Source: an uncultured Alphaproteobacteria bacterium (lineage in GTDB: Bacteria > Pseudomonadota > Alphaproteobacteria > Rs-D84). From it: a stretch of DNA of 64,000 bases. The notes beneath the pieces are model-generated. The model was not told the DNA's origin and made no database searches. It saw only the letters and a list, made by a program, of their open reading frames with translations. Positions 17,224 through 26,863 of this stretch are shown in pieces (the first letter of the stretch is position 1; each line of letters begins with the position of its first letter). Where the stretch lies: the NCBI GenBank assembly GCA_944390225.1, contig CALXPB010000001.1, positions 16,408-80,407 on the forward strand, written 5' to 3'. The translations under genes and the position numbers were made by a program.

Positions 17224-18307
17224 ATGTATATTCTTTCGGCATCAAGATGAACATCTGACCTTGGGCATGTTGACCGTGTGCAAATTTATATGCTTCGTCA
17301 CCTTTTCCAAAGAATATGTCTGCACGTATCCAACCGCGAATAGCACTGCCTGTATCTTGGGCAATCATAAGACGGCTGAAACGGCGACCGTCAGATAGAT
17401 TAGTATCAATGTAGACAGGCATACCCAATGTATAAATGCTGTCGTCCATGGCAATTGAACGTATCTTTGATAACGGAGTACCAAGTTTCCCAATTACATC
17501 CGGTGGAACAGATTCATAAAAATATACGTATCTTGGATTAGAATAAATGACCTCTTTTGCAAGACTGGGGTTCTTCTTTAAGTATGTCCATACTGCGTCG
17601 GCAGAATATCCGCCTTCGGGTCTGATACCTCGGTTTTTTAACTGTTCTCCTATTGATTTAAATGGCATATCATTCACTGCGGCAAAGTTTAATTTTACAG
17701 GTGTGCCGTCTTCAAGTTGTAACATACCACTGCCTTGAATTTGAATGTTTTGAACATCGACTATATTGGCCCAGTATAAAACACGACCAATTTTGTTTTC
17801 TACAATAGTTTTCTTGTCTACGCCTTTATAATTTCTGCCATCCGTGGGGACACCCATAAGAGGCTCGTTACATTGAGCAGTTTTTGTTCTGCACGCCGGT
17901 ATTATCGGAGAATAATAACCTGTGTAAGTACCTCTTTTCCCACCGTCGTCGTTATAAACTTGATACGGTTGAAAATTAGACTCAAACCAAGCCCGAACCG
18001 TTGCTGTATCTGCGCTGGCACTGGGAAGCATACGACATTTTTCTTCAAATAAAGCCCTATCTGGTATTACGCGACCGGTGTATTGTATTTTTGCTTTGCA
18101 AGAGTTCCTAAATGCTTGCAGAGCATAGCGAACATCGTCTTTGTACCAACCAGGTAAGTCGTTATAAGATACTTTTTTTAGATTGGATGGTATAACAGAA
18201 TCATTCCCTTGGTGTGTCGGAGTTGATAAGTCGCAAGATGTCAAAGTAATAGCGAAAAAAATGCTCATAATTCCGCGAAAAAAAGTCCTTGTTATCTGTG
18301 CTGACAT
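17204..18307 (-). CDS. mltA: Membrane-bound lytic murein transglycosylase A
   Basis: MltA-specific domain plus 3D domain (IAQDTGSAIRGWIRADIFFG). N-terminal lipoprotein-like signal (ITLTSC). Confidence 0.85.
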   Translation of the reverse strand: MSAQITRTFFRGIMSIFFAITLTSCDLSTPTHQGNDSVIPSNLKKVSYNDLPGWYKDDVRYALQAFRNSCKAKIQYTGRVIPDRALFEEKCRMLPSASADTATVRAWFESNFQPYQVYNDDGGKRGTYTGYYSPIIPACRTKTAQCNEPLMGVPTDGRNYKGVDKKTIVENKIGRVLYWANIVDVQNIQIQGSGMLQLEDGTPVKLNFAAVNDMPFKSIGEQLKNRGIRPEGGYSADAVWTYLKKNPSLAKEVIYSNPRYVYFYESVPPDVIGKLGTPLSKIRSIAMDDSIYTLGMPVYIDTNLSDGRRFSRLMIAQDTGSAIRGWIRADIFFGKGDEAYKFAHGQHAQGQMFILMPKEYTYVKPTK

Positions 18308-18414
18308 TTTTATTTCTCCCCCACTTGTAAAACATTTTTATAATGCTATATTATCATAAAATGGGGTGTTAAGTCCAGATGGGTTTTTATCCCGATACAC
18401 AAGGAGTAAATATA

Positions 18415-18852
18415 ATGGCTAAATTTAATATAATTTCACAGTTTTTAAAGGATATCTCTTTCGAAAGTCCCAACGTACCAGAGTTGTTCTTTAAACAAGA
18501 AAACGGTCAGGCAAAATTAGAAATCAATATTGATATTCAAATTAAAGGTGCAGAAAATAATTTGTTTATGGTTGATTTAATAACAAAGGCTCATTCAAAA
18601 TTAGAAAAAGATGATAAAACTGTTTTCTTGATAGAATCTACTTATTCTGGTTTGGTCCAGATGGAAGAAGAAAAAGACGAAGAGATAAAAAAACGGACTT
18701 TGTTAATAAATGTCCCAACATTGCTATTCCCGTCTGTTCGTGCACTTATTGCAAGACTTACTAGCGAATCTGGTTTCCCGACATTCGTTATGCAACCAGT
18801 TGATTTCGAAAAACTGTATGAAGATAAAAAACTGCAAGAAAAACAAAAATAA
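18415..18852 (+). CDS. secB: Protein-export chaperone SecB
   Basis: AAGGAG SD before the ATG at 18415. FNIISQFLKDISFESPN.., LLFPSVRALIARLTSESGFP. Confidence 0.85.
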   Translation: MAKFNIISQFLKDISFESPNVPELFFKQENGQAKLEINIDIQIKGAENNLFMVDLITKAHSKLEKDDKTVFLIESTYSGLVQMEEEKDEEIKKRTLLINVPTLLFPSVRALIARLTSESGFPTFVMQPVDFEKLYEDKKLQEKQK

Positions 18853-18870
18853 ATGTTTTCTTTTAATTCA

Positions 18871-18894
18871 ATCCGCCAATAGGCGGATTTTTTT
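18871..18894 (+). terminator. Rho-independent terminator after secB
   Basis: ATCCGCC-AATA-GGCGGAT plus T7. Confidence 0.8.
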
Positions 18895-18941
18895 CACTTA
18901 TTTTTGTCATCATATTAATTTTATGATAAACTATACTAGAT

Positions 18942-20126
18942 ATGGCAAAAGATAAATATATTTCTTTTAAAAACGGTGTAAGTGGTTTCTCGTTCTCAAA
19001 CCTAGGATTGTTTACAGGTTTTGCGGACGGTATTTATAATGCTGTTTATTCTTTGGTTATTTTGGAAATATTTAAAAATTCTGCTGTTGTTGGTATTTAT
19101 GTGGCCATTTATTCTGCATTTTGCATGATTGTCGGTTTGTTCGCAAATGAGTTATTCAGGCGTTTTTCAAAGGTAAAAGTTTTTTACTTCGTCATGATGA
19201 TGCTAGCCGTTTGCTATGCGATGATGAGTTTTTCTATAAGACCAAGCACGTTCATTATTCTGGATTATACCACCGGAATTGCAATTACTTTGGTCGGAGT
19301 ACTTATTCCTTTATTTATGTCTGATTTTTCAAAAAACATTGGAATGGCAAAATTAAATTCCAGATATCACTTGTGGGTAAATATTGGTGCCCTGTTTGCA
19401 CCGATGATAGCAGTATCAATTGCAACCCGATTTAATAATAGGGCCGCTTTCTTTGCGTCCGCATTGATATATTTAGCGGGTTGGATTTCTTTCAGATTAT
19501 TTCGTATCGTACAAGAAGATAAAAAAATAAGTCCTGTGAATCCTCGTAAGACTTTTAAAGCACTGTGGAAAAATTCTTTACATTTTTTTTCTCGTCCGGG
19601 TATGGCACGCGCTTATGCAATAAATTTTGGTTATTACTCTTTACGGGCTATGCGTTATCTTTACGTTCCGATTGTCGTAATAGAAAACGGTTTCTCTAAG
19701 GATACATTAGGTTGGGTTCTAACTCTGGGTATAGTTCCGTACCTGTTTTTATCAGAGTTAATGGCGGTATTAGTTAAAAAGTACGGTAAAAAATTATGGT
19801 TATTAATCGGTTTCGTTTCGTTTGCCATATTTTCTGCGTTGGCTACTTTCGTTACAGGAATACCGTTGCTGATGATATTCGTTGCTTGGCAAGTGTCAGG
19901 GGCCTTGATGGAATCTGTACATGATTTATTGTTCTTTGATGCGACAAAAAAGACAGAACAAACAAGATATTATGGTGTGTTTAGAACCAGCGTTAATTTA
20001 CCAAACGTAATTGCCCCTATCTTGGGTGCAGCCAGTATAACAATATTTGGAGGTACTTCTGCTGTGTGGGTTGTGACCGCTGTAATTGGGGCTTTGTCTG
20101 CTATGATTTTATTAGCAAAAAAGTGA
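18942..20126 (+). CDS. MFS-type transporter (about 12 TM)
   Basis: 394 aa, hydrophobic throughout, with a central basic loop (RIVQEDKKISPVNPRK) typical of a 6+6 MFS topology. Confidence 0.55.
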   Translation: MAKDKYISFKNGVSGFSFSNLGLFTGFADGIYNAVYSLVILEIFKNSAVVGIYVAIYSAFCMIVGLFANELFRRFSKVKVFYFVMMMLAVCYAMMSFSIRPSTFIILDYTTGIAITLVGVLIPLFMSDFSKNIGMAKLNSRYHLWVNIGALFAPMIAVSIATRFNNRAAFFASALIYLAGWISFRLFRIVQEDKKISPVNPRKTFKALWKNSLHFFSRPGMARAYAINFGYYSLRAMRYLYVPIVVIENGFSKDTLGWVLTLGIVPYLFLSELMAVLVKKYGKKLWLLIGFVSFAIFSALATFVTGIPLLMIFVAWQVSGALMESVHDLLFFDATKKTEQTRYYGVFRTSVNLPNVIAPILGAASITIFGGTSAVWVVTAVIGALSAMILLAKK

Positions 20127-20214
20127 TTCCCATATAAATTTTTTTGTATGCTTATTTTGATTGCGTGAAGTTTATTTTATTTGTATCATTCTTTAAAAAG
20201 AAAAGGGGATTTTT

Positions 20215-21306
20215 ATGGCAAAGAAAGAAGTTACAAAAGAAACAAAGACTCCCGCAAAAAATCCGGCCTTAGAATCGGCTTTGGCGCAAATTCAAAAGCA
20301 ATTCGGAAAAGAAGCCATTATGAAAATGGGGGACGGCAGTCAGCAAAATATAGAGGCTATTTCATCGGGGTCTTTGGGGTTGGATATCGCGTTGGGTATA
20401 GGAGGATATCCACGTGGTCGTATAGTTGAAATTTATGGACCAGAAAGTTCTGGTAAAACAACGCTTGCACTGCACGCCGTTGCGGAAGCGCAGAAAAAAG
20501 GTGGGACTTGCGCTTACATTGATGCAGAAAATGCGTTGGACCCTTCTTATGCTAAAAAATTGGGTGTTGATGTAGCAAATTTGATAATTTCTCAACCCGA
20601 TTCGGGAGAGCAGGCTCTGGAAATTGCAGATACTTTAATAAAATCTGGGGCGGTTGATGTTGTTGTCATAGATTCTGTGGCGGCACTGGTGCCAAAGGCT
20701 GAATTGGAGGGTAATATAGGAGACTCTTTTGTAGGAACTACCGCAAGACTGATGAGTCAGTCTCTGAAAAAATTAGCAGGCAGTGTTTCTCGTAGTAATA
20801 CTTTATTGATATTCATTAACCAGATTCGTATGAAAATAGGGGTAATGTTTGGTAATCCTGAAACTACTTCTGGGGGAAACGCGTTAAAGTTTTATGCTTC
20901 TGTACGTCTTGATATTCGCCGTACAGGACAAATTAAAGATAAAGAAAATATCGTCGGTAATGAAACGCGTGTAAAAGTGGTTAAAAATAAAGTTGCACCT
21001 CCTTTCCGAACGGTAGACTTTAAAATAATGTACGGCGAAGGTATATCCAGAATTAGCGAAATATTGGATATGGGTGTTAAATACGATTTAATCGAAAAAG
21101 CAGGCAGTTTTTATTCTTATAATGATGAACGTATGGGGCAGGGTGAAGCAAACGCTCGTCAATGGTTGAAAGAACATGAAGATGTACAAAATGAACTGCT
21201 GGAAAAAATAATGGCGCGTGCCAGTGGTATAGCAGAAGAAATGACAACAGGACCGGCAGAAGATGATACGGATATAATGCCGTCTGATTCTGCTGATGTA
21301 GAATAA
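20215..21306 (+). CDS. recA: Recombinase RecA
   Basis: [27 protein letters not shown], and others. Confidence 0.97.
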   Translation: MAKKEVTKETKTPAKNPALESALAQIQKQFGKEAIMKMGDGSQQNIEAISSGSLGLDIALGIGGYPRGRIVEIYGPESSGKTTLALHAVAEAQKKGGTCAYIDAENALDPSYAKKLGVDVANLIISQPDSGEQALEIADTLIKSGAVDVVVIDSVAALVPKAELEGNIGDSFVGTTARLMSQSLKKLAGSVSRSNTLLIFINQIRMKIGVMFGNPETTSGGNALKFYASVRLDIRRTGQIKDKENIVGNETRVKVVKNKVAPPFRTVDFKIMYGEGISRISEILDMGVKYDLIEKAGSFYSYNDERMGQGEANARQWLKEHEDVQNELLEKIMARASGIAEEMTTGPAEDDTDIMPSDSADVE

Positions 21307-21322
21307 TAAAAAAGGTGGACTT

Positions 21323-22231
21323 ATGGGGTTGGCAAAAGCGATAGCAATGTCCGATGTAATAATCAGAGGGCATATATTAAATTGGTTCTGGCGTGACAGA
21401 AAAACTCGGCGTGCAATTCGTAGCGATGTGATATCACAAGTCATACCAAGGTATTTTAAACGCTATTTGCCTGCGGCCGCCGCTGTAAAAGAAAGAAAAG
21501 TTGTAAAGGACGATAAAAACGAAAAAATCTTTACAATTTGGTTGCAGGGTGAAGAAAATGCACCAGAGTTGGTCAAGGCTTGTTTCCGAAGCGTCAGAAA
21601 AAATTGTAAACAAGAACTTATCGTATTAGATGAAAAAACTTTATTCGATTATATAACTTTACCAGAAGTAATAATGGAAAAACGTAGAAAGGGTATGATA
21701 AAGAATGCTCATTTTGCCGATATCTGCCGTGTGGAGTTGTTATATAATTACGGTGGTTTTTGGTTGGATTCTACTGGTTTTGCAACGGCTCCTATTCCAG
21801 ATTGGATTGTGAAAGAGGATTTCTTTGTATATATGGCAGGCCAGAAAGTAGGAAGCCCGTACAGTTTTATGCAAAATTGTTTTATTCGTAGCAGGAAAGG
21901 GGCTTACCTGTTAGATGCATGGCGCGCAATGATTCTAGATTATTGGATGCATGAAAATCATAACTTTGATTATTTCATGCATCAATTATTATTCAAGACT
22001 TTGGTATTAAATGATCAAAGAGCAAAAAAGTATTTTGCAGAAATGCCACATGTAGATCAAGATCCTACTCATATGCTGTGGTGGTCTTATAAAGATAAAC
22101 CTTTTGACCAAGAAATTTTTGATAAGGTTACGTCAGGTTCCTTTTTCCAAAAACTAACTTATCGTGGTTCTAATAATCCTGTACCAGGAAGTTTCGTGGA
22201 CGTTATGATTAATAAAATGTATAAAGATTAA
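21323..22231 (+). CDS. Capsular-polysaccharide-synthesis-type glycosyltransferase (Caps_synth/GT32-like)
   Basis: IWLQGEENAPELVKAC.. and FADICRVELLYNYGGFWLDST motif. Confidence 0.65.
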   Translation: MGLAKAIAMSDVIIRGHILNWFWRDRKTRRAIRSDVISQVIPRYFKRYLPAAAAVKERKVVKDDKNEKIFTIWLQGEENAPELVKACFRSVRKNCKQELIVLDEKTLFDYITLPEVIMEKRRKGMIKNAHFADICRVELLYNYGGFWLDSTGFATAPIPDWIVKEDFFVYMAGQKVGSPYSFMQNCFIRSRKGAYLLDAWRAMILDYWMHENHNFDYFMHQLLFKTLVLNDQRAKKYFAEMPHVDQDPTHMLWWSYKDKPFDQEIFDKVTSGSFFQKLTYRGSNNPVPGSFVDVMINKMYKD

Positions 22232-22245
22232 TCAAGGAGAAATGT

Positions 22246-23283
22246 ATGCCGGCAGTATCTATAATAATACCAGTATATAATGTTGAAAAATATTTACGTA
22301 GGTGTCTGAATAGCATTTTAAATCAGACTTTTTCTGACTGGGAAGCAATCTGCGTAAATGACGGCAGTCCCGACAAAAGTGCTGATATATTATCTGAATA
22401 TGCTGCAAAAGATTCTAGATTTAAAATTGTAAATAAAGAAAATGGTGGATTGTCTGATGCCAGAAATGCGGGTATGCGCGTTGCAACGGGTGAATATATA
22501 TTATATGTAGATAGTGACGATTTTATTCATCCGCAAACCTTAGAGATAACTCATAAACTTGCGAAACGCGACGGCTCTGATATAGTTTCTTTTACTTATG
22601 ATCGGATATACAGACCACGGCTGATGATTCGTTATAAGTTAGGAATGGATACAGATACCGTCATTCCAAAACGCATTTATAAAAAATATAACGTTTCTCG
22701 GATTCCGACTGTGGTAACAAATGATGTATATGCATATGCAACAGAACGGGCACATAATGCTTTTAATGCAAAGAAAAAATGGCTGATAAAACATTGCCAA
22801 GTATGGAAAAATCTATATAAACGCGATTTAATAAAAAGTATACCCTTTATCAAAGGTATTTTGTTTGAAGACTTCCCGTGGTGGAGTGAGGTTATGTTAA
22901 AAAATCCTAGGGTTACAATTTGTGCTTTGCCTTTATATTTCTATATTCCGAACTTTGGAGGAATTGTTTTATCTGCTAAACAATTACGAATATTGCACAG
23001 TTTATGTGAAGGAATTAAAAGTGCGTATTTGTTATATAAAGATAAGGCGACAGAGTATCAAATGCAACAATGGTCTCTGAATTTTAAATGGTACTTTATT
23101 AAGTGGGCTTTTCGTAAGGTTAGATTTCTGGATAATAAGGCAGATATTGAAAGCGCGCGTAAACAATTCTGTGATCTTGAAAAAATGGGGGCGTTTGATA
23201 ATCCGCCAACAAAATGGGCCAGAAATTTACATTCAGATATTCGTAAGTTCATAAAGGAAATGTGCTCAAATGCAACAAGATAA
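22246..23283 (+). CDS. Family 2 glycosyltransferase (copy 1 of tandem pair)
   Basis: VSIIIPVYNVEKYLRRCLNSILNQTFSDWEAICVNDGSPDKSADIL, DSDDF. Confidence 0.85.
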   Translation: MPAVSIIIPVYNVEKYLRRCLNSILNQTFSDWEAICVNDGSPDKSADILSEYAAKDSRFKIVNKENGGLSDARNAGMRVATGEYILYVDSDDFIHPQTLEITHKLAKRDGSDIVSFTYDRIYRPRLMIRYKLGMDTDTVIPKRIYKKYNVSRIPTVVTNDVYAYATERAHNAFNAKKKWLIKHCQVWKNLYKRDLIKSIPFIKGILFEDFPWWSEVMLKNPRVTICALPLYFYIPNFGGIVLSAKQLRILHSLCEGIKSAYLLYKDKATEYQMQQWSLNFKWYFIKWAFRKVRFLDNKADIESARKQFCDLEKMGAFDNPPTKWARNLHSDIRKFIKEMCSNATR

Positions 23284-24301
23284 CCCAAAAATCTCAATTG
23301 TTATACCTGTATATAATGTCGAGAAATATCTGCGCAGATGTTTAGATAGCGTATTGAATCAGACTTTTTCTGACTGGGAAGCGATATGTGTAAATGACGG
23401 TAGTCCAGATAAAAGCGCTGATATATTAAAAGAATATGCAAAATTAGATCCAAGAATCAAAGTTATAAATAAAGATAACGGTGGATTATCAGATGCCAGA
23501 AATCTGGGCATTAATTTTACAAAAGGACAGTATATTTTTTTATTGGATAGTGATGACTTTATTCATAGTCAAACTTTGGAAATATTGGATTGTTTAATAG
23601 AGTCTGAAAATGCGGATATGATTTTATTTGATTTTGATAAAGTTTTTTATAAAAACGCAAGAAAAAGAATTATTCATAATAAAGAAGATTTTTCCGTAAT
23701 ATTACCTGAATCTAAAAATACTATTTATAATGTAAAAAAAATAAAAAAATATACGACAAAAAAAATTCTTTTTCATAGTACTGAACGGAATAGATCTTTA
23801 CATGTATTGCGACCAGTCCGTAGACATTGTTACCCTGTTCTTGGTTTATATAGAAGAACGATGATTGCAGGAATACCTTTTGTAAAAGGGATAATAATGG
23901 AGGATTTTCCTTGGTGGTCTACCTTATTATTAAAACGTCCTAAAACTGTAATTACAAAAATTCCTTTATATTTTTATATGCCGAATTCAACTTCTATACT
24001 CAATAGCAGTGGGGCTTTGCGTATGATAGAATCTATTACAACAGGTTTAGAACACGCTTATAAAATTTATAAAAAAGAAGCCTCGCAGAAAGAATTTAAA
24101 CATTTTGTCAGAGAATTTCTTTGGCCTTTTGCAATTATTGCTATGCGTAAAACACGCAATTTAGAAAATAAGTTTGATTTGGATGTTGCAAAAAAAGCCT
24201 TTACGAATTTATATAATATAGGAGTTTTTGATAAAGCATATGGTTTACGGGCAAAAAAATATCGTAGAAAAATAAAAAAATTTATAAAAGATAATATATA
24301 A
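23270..24301 (+). CDS. Family 2 glycosyltransferase (copy 2 of tandem pair)
   Basis: ISIVIPVYNVEKYLRRCLDSVLNQTFSDWEAICVNDGSPDKSADIL, DSDDF. Shares a 26-nt identical DNA stretch with copy 1. Confidence 0.85.
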   Translation: MQQDNPKISIVIPVYNVEKYLRRCLDSVLNQTFSDWEAICVNDGSPDKSADILKEYAKLDPRIKVINKDNGGLSDARNLGINFTKGQYIFLLDSDDFIHSQTLEILDCLIESENADMILFDFDKVFYKNARKRIIHNKEDFSVILPESKNTIYNVKKIKKYTTKKILFHSTERNRSLHVLRPVRRHCYPVLGLYRRTMIAGIPFVKGIIMEDFPWWSTLLLKRPKTVITKIPLYFYMPNSTSILNSSGALRMIESITTGLEHAYKIYKKEASQKEFKHFVREFLWPFAIIAMRKTRNLENKFDLDVAKKAFTNLYNIGVFDKAYGLRAKKYRRKIKKFIKDNI

Positions 24302-24303
24302 AA

Positions 24304-24326
24304 AACTGCGATTTACGCAGTTTTTT
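24304..24326. terminator. Bidirectional terminator between convergent glycosyltransferase genes
   Basis: AACTGCG-ATTTA-CGCAGTT flanked by an A-run and T6. Confidence 0.75.
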
Positions 24327-25173
24327 ATATCCCTGTTTTTTTGAATCTTTCTGGAATAGTTGTAACCCATTTTAAACCTAACATTGCAGGCTTGTTCAAG
24401 TCGTATATAGGGCGTAGCAAGGTTTGTAGCGCACGCGCAATTTTTGTCGATTTATTTTTATTTTTTGTGTTTGTTATTATATCAATTGTTCGTGCGCGCT
24501 TTTTTAGATGTTTTTCCCATGATGGATTTCTGTCACCAATTTTGTTTTTTATCATGTTCAGATCAACGCCGCCAAAATGCAATAAATATAAATTTTTATC
24601 TATATGAAAATTATGCCCTTTGATACTATGAAAACCGCTGCCCCATATAACAGGCTTTAACATTACAACCGGTTTTGTATACCTTGTCGATAATAAAGCA
24701 TAATTTCGCTGAGTTAAAAATGGTTCGGCCATTTTTAATGTTGATTCCGTTTTTAAATCTTGTCCTACGTCCATACCAAGCCCAGAAAGAGACGAATAGT
24801 TGCTTTTTTTTGATAGGTACTCAGATAAGGATGTGTTTAATGCAGGGTCAACAATTAAAAACTCGTCACAATCGCATCCTATTACAATTTCATAACCTCG
24901 TTTAAATAACTCATTCGCTAAATTTGAGAGTAATAAGATCCTTGTTTTATCACCTTGCTGTACGGCTTCTTCTTTGTGCGGTAATTTTTTTATGTTTGAT
25001 TTACCTGCTTTGCTGGGAGTCTTTTGGTCAAGTCCGTCTAAATAAATATAGAGATTTTCTTCACCCAATTCTTTACCATAATACGCAATCCAGCGATTAA
25101 GAAAAAACTCGTCATTACGAGCCATCGTTATAGCAGCAATTTTTTTATTATATTTGTTTTCATTGTTTATCAT
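24325..25173 (-). CDS. Glycosyltransferase (GT2-related, Glyco_tranf_2_4-like)
   Basis: IAAITMARNDEFFLNRWIAYYG..YIYLDG.. and DXD-like GCDCDEFLI. Confidence 0.55.
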   Translation of the reverse strand: MINNENKYNKKIAAITMARNDEFFLNRWIAYYGKELGEENLYIYLDGLDQKTPSKAGKSNIKKLPHKEEAVQQGDKTRILLLSNLANELFKRGYEIVIGCDCDEFLIVDPALNTSLSEYLSKKSNYSSLSGLGMDVGQDLKTESTLKMAEPFLTQRNYALLSTRYTKPVVMLKPVIWGSGFHSIKGHNFHIDKNLYLLHFGGVDLNMIKNKIGDRNPSWEKHLKKRARTIDIITNTKNKNKSTKIARALQTLLRPIYDLNKPAMLGLKWVTTIPERFKKTGI

Positions 25174-26018
25174 ATTCCACCAACATGTAGTTTATGTATA
25201 AAATATTTTATTGTTCTTGTTAGAATTTTTAAAGGGTTTTTTGTTAAAAGCCATTGTACATATTCTTCACCATATTCCTCACGAGCAGCACTTAGAATCG
25301 CTTTCTTTGCTTCTTTGTTACCGTGGTTCAGTGCGTACAGTATTTGACGTCCTAGTCTTCCATAATGTCTGGTAAACGCCAATTTTTTTATAAAAGGCAT
25401 ACCTGAATTAGAAAATTTGCGAACATTGTTATATATGCGTCGACCAATTGCATAATAAGGGGCATCATAAGAAGTTTTATGTTGGAATAACATATTTGTG
25501 AAACCATGTTCGTATTTTTTTATCACATCACCTTTTGATTCTTGGTGCGTTATGTTAAGCATAAATTCTTCGTACCATTGCGTTAAAAATATAGTAGGGC
25601 GCATCCCTATAAACCATGCCCCCAGATGCGGTTTTTTGGGATGGTTGTTGTATACCATTGCAAACGCATCTGTACCCTGACTTTCCATACTTTTTAACGC
25701 TTTTTCGATGGGTAATAAAGGACCGTATACAGAGTCATTTACCATATATAAAAAATCATAATTGTTTAATATCTTTTTTCCCTTTGCGTATTGATATGCG
25801 CGTTTATAAGAACCAAAATCATATTCCCCGTGACGTTTAGCATGGGCATATATTGTAAATTTTTTTACTAAACTTAACTCTTTTGCAGGAATATCACTAT
25901 CTACAATCAAAATTATATCGCCACATTTTTTTAACTGTTTGAGCATATATATTAGCGCATCATTGATTTTTTTCTTTGCGCTATAACCAGCAAATAGAAA
26001 CAATCTTTTAGGTTTCAT
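25170..26018 (-). CDS. RgpF/COG3754-like polysaccharide biosynthesis protein (copy 1 of tandem pair)
   Basis: LFLFAGYS.., EYDFGSYKRAY.., NDSVYGPL.., WFIGMR. About 50% identical by eye to the 26015..26863 product. Confidence 0.5.
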   Translation of the reverse strand: MKPKRLFLFAGYSAKKKINDALIYMLKQLKKCGDIILIVDSDIPAKELSLVKKFTIYAHAKRHGEYDFGSYKRAYQYAKGKKILNNYDFLYMVNDSVYGPLLPIEKALKSMESQGTDAFAMVYNNHPKKPHLGAWFIGMRPTIFLTQWYEEFMLNITHQESKGDVIKKYEHGFTNMLFQHKTSYDAPYYAIGRRIYNNVRKFSNSGMPFIKKLAFTRHYGRLGRQILYALNHGNKEAKKAILSAAREEYGEEYVQWLLTKNPLKILTRTIKYFIHKLHVGGI

Positions 26019-26863
26019 ATTTTTCCCCGTAAAAATTTTGAGATTCCGTAGGATATATTTCTGTATATTATTATAAAAGGATTTTTTGTTAAAAGCCAGT
26101 TCATATATTTTTTACCGAAATTTCTTTCTGCATTTTTTATTATTGCACTTTTAATGTTTTTGTTTGTGTGGTTCAATACATAATATATTTGACGACCAAG
26201 ACCGCCGTTATGCCTTATAAAAGATGCCTTTTTTATAAAGGGCATTTTCTTTTTATATAATTTTTTGACATCATTATAAATGCCACGACCAGAAACTGTA
26301 TATAAACAAGACCATTTTAATCCATGTTCAAGTACAAGTTTTGAGAGGCCGTGTTCGTATAATTTCGTTACACTGCCTTTATCAGATAATTTTTTTACAG
26401 ATAAAATAAAATCGTCAAACCATAATGTTTGAAAAACTGATTTTCTCATCCCTATAAACCATGATTGAATATGTGGATGAGATTTTTTAGGGTTGCACAC
26501 TAAACCAAATGCATCTGTATTGTTCGATTCCATTTTTAATAAATATGGCTCTATGTCGTACAGAGGTCCATATACAGAATCATTTATAAAATATAAAAAG
26601 TCATAATCTGATAAAATATCATGACTTTTTGCATATAAATACGCGCGTTTGTAAGAACCGAAATCATATTCTTCATGACGTTTGGCATCTGCATAAATAC
26701 AAAGATGTTTAAACTTTATAAGTTGTTCTGTATCGCAATCGCTGTCCATATATAAAATTACATCACCGCATTTTGCCATAGATTTAACCAAAAGCAGCAA
26801 AGATTCGTCTGCTATATTTTGTGGGTCGTAACCAGCAATTAAAAACAAACGTCTAGTCTTCAT
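26015..26863 (-). CDS. RgpF/COG3754-like polysaccharide biosynthesis protein (copy 2 of tandem pair)
   Basis: Start [13 protein letters not shown] at 26863 parallels the paralog's MKPKRLFLFAGYS (ORF track 26899). Overlaps the typA 3' end by 11 nt. Confidence 0.5.
   Translation of the reverse strand: MKTRRLFLIAGYDPQNIADESLLLLVKSMAKCGDVILYMDSDCDTEQLIKFKHLCIYADAKRHEEYDFGSYKRAYLYAKSHDILSDYDFLYFINDSVYGPLYDIEPYLLKMESNNTDAFGLVCNPKKSHPHIQSWFIGMRKSVFQTLWFDDFILSVKKLSDKGSVTKLYEHGLSKLVLEHGLKWSCLYTVSGRGIYNDVKKLYKKKMPFIKKASFIRHNGGLGRQIYYVLNHTNKNIKSAIIKNAERNFGKKYMNWLLTKNPFIIIYRNISYGISKFLRGKI

Noticed and set aside
20127-20214. SOS/LexA operator upstream of recA.
   Set aside because: I could find neither the alphaproteobacterial direct repeat GTTC-N7-GTTC (or GAAC-N7-GAAC) nor the CTGT-N8-ACAG palindrome in the 88-nt upstream region.
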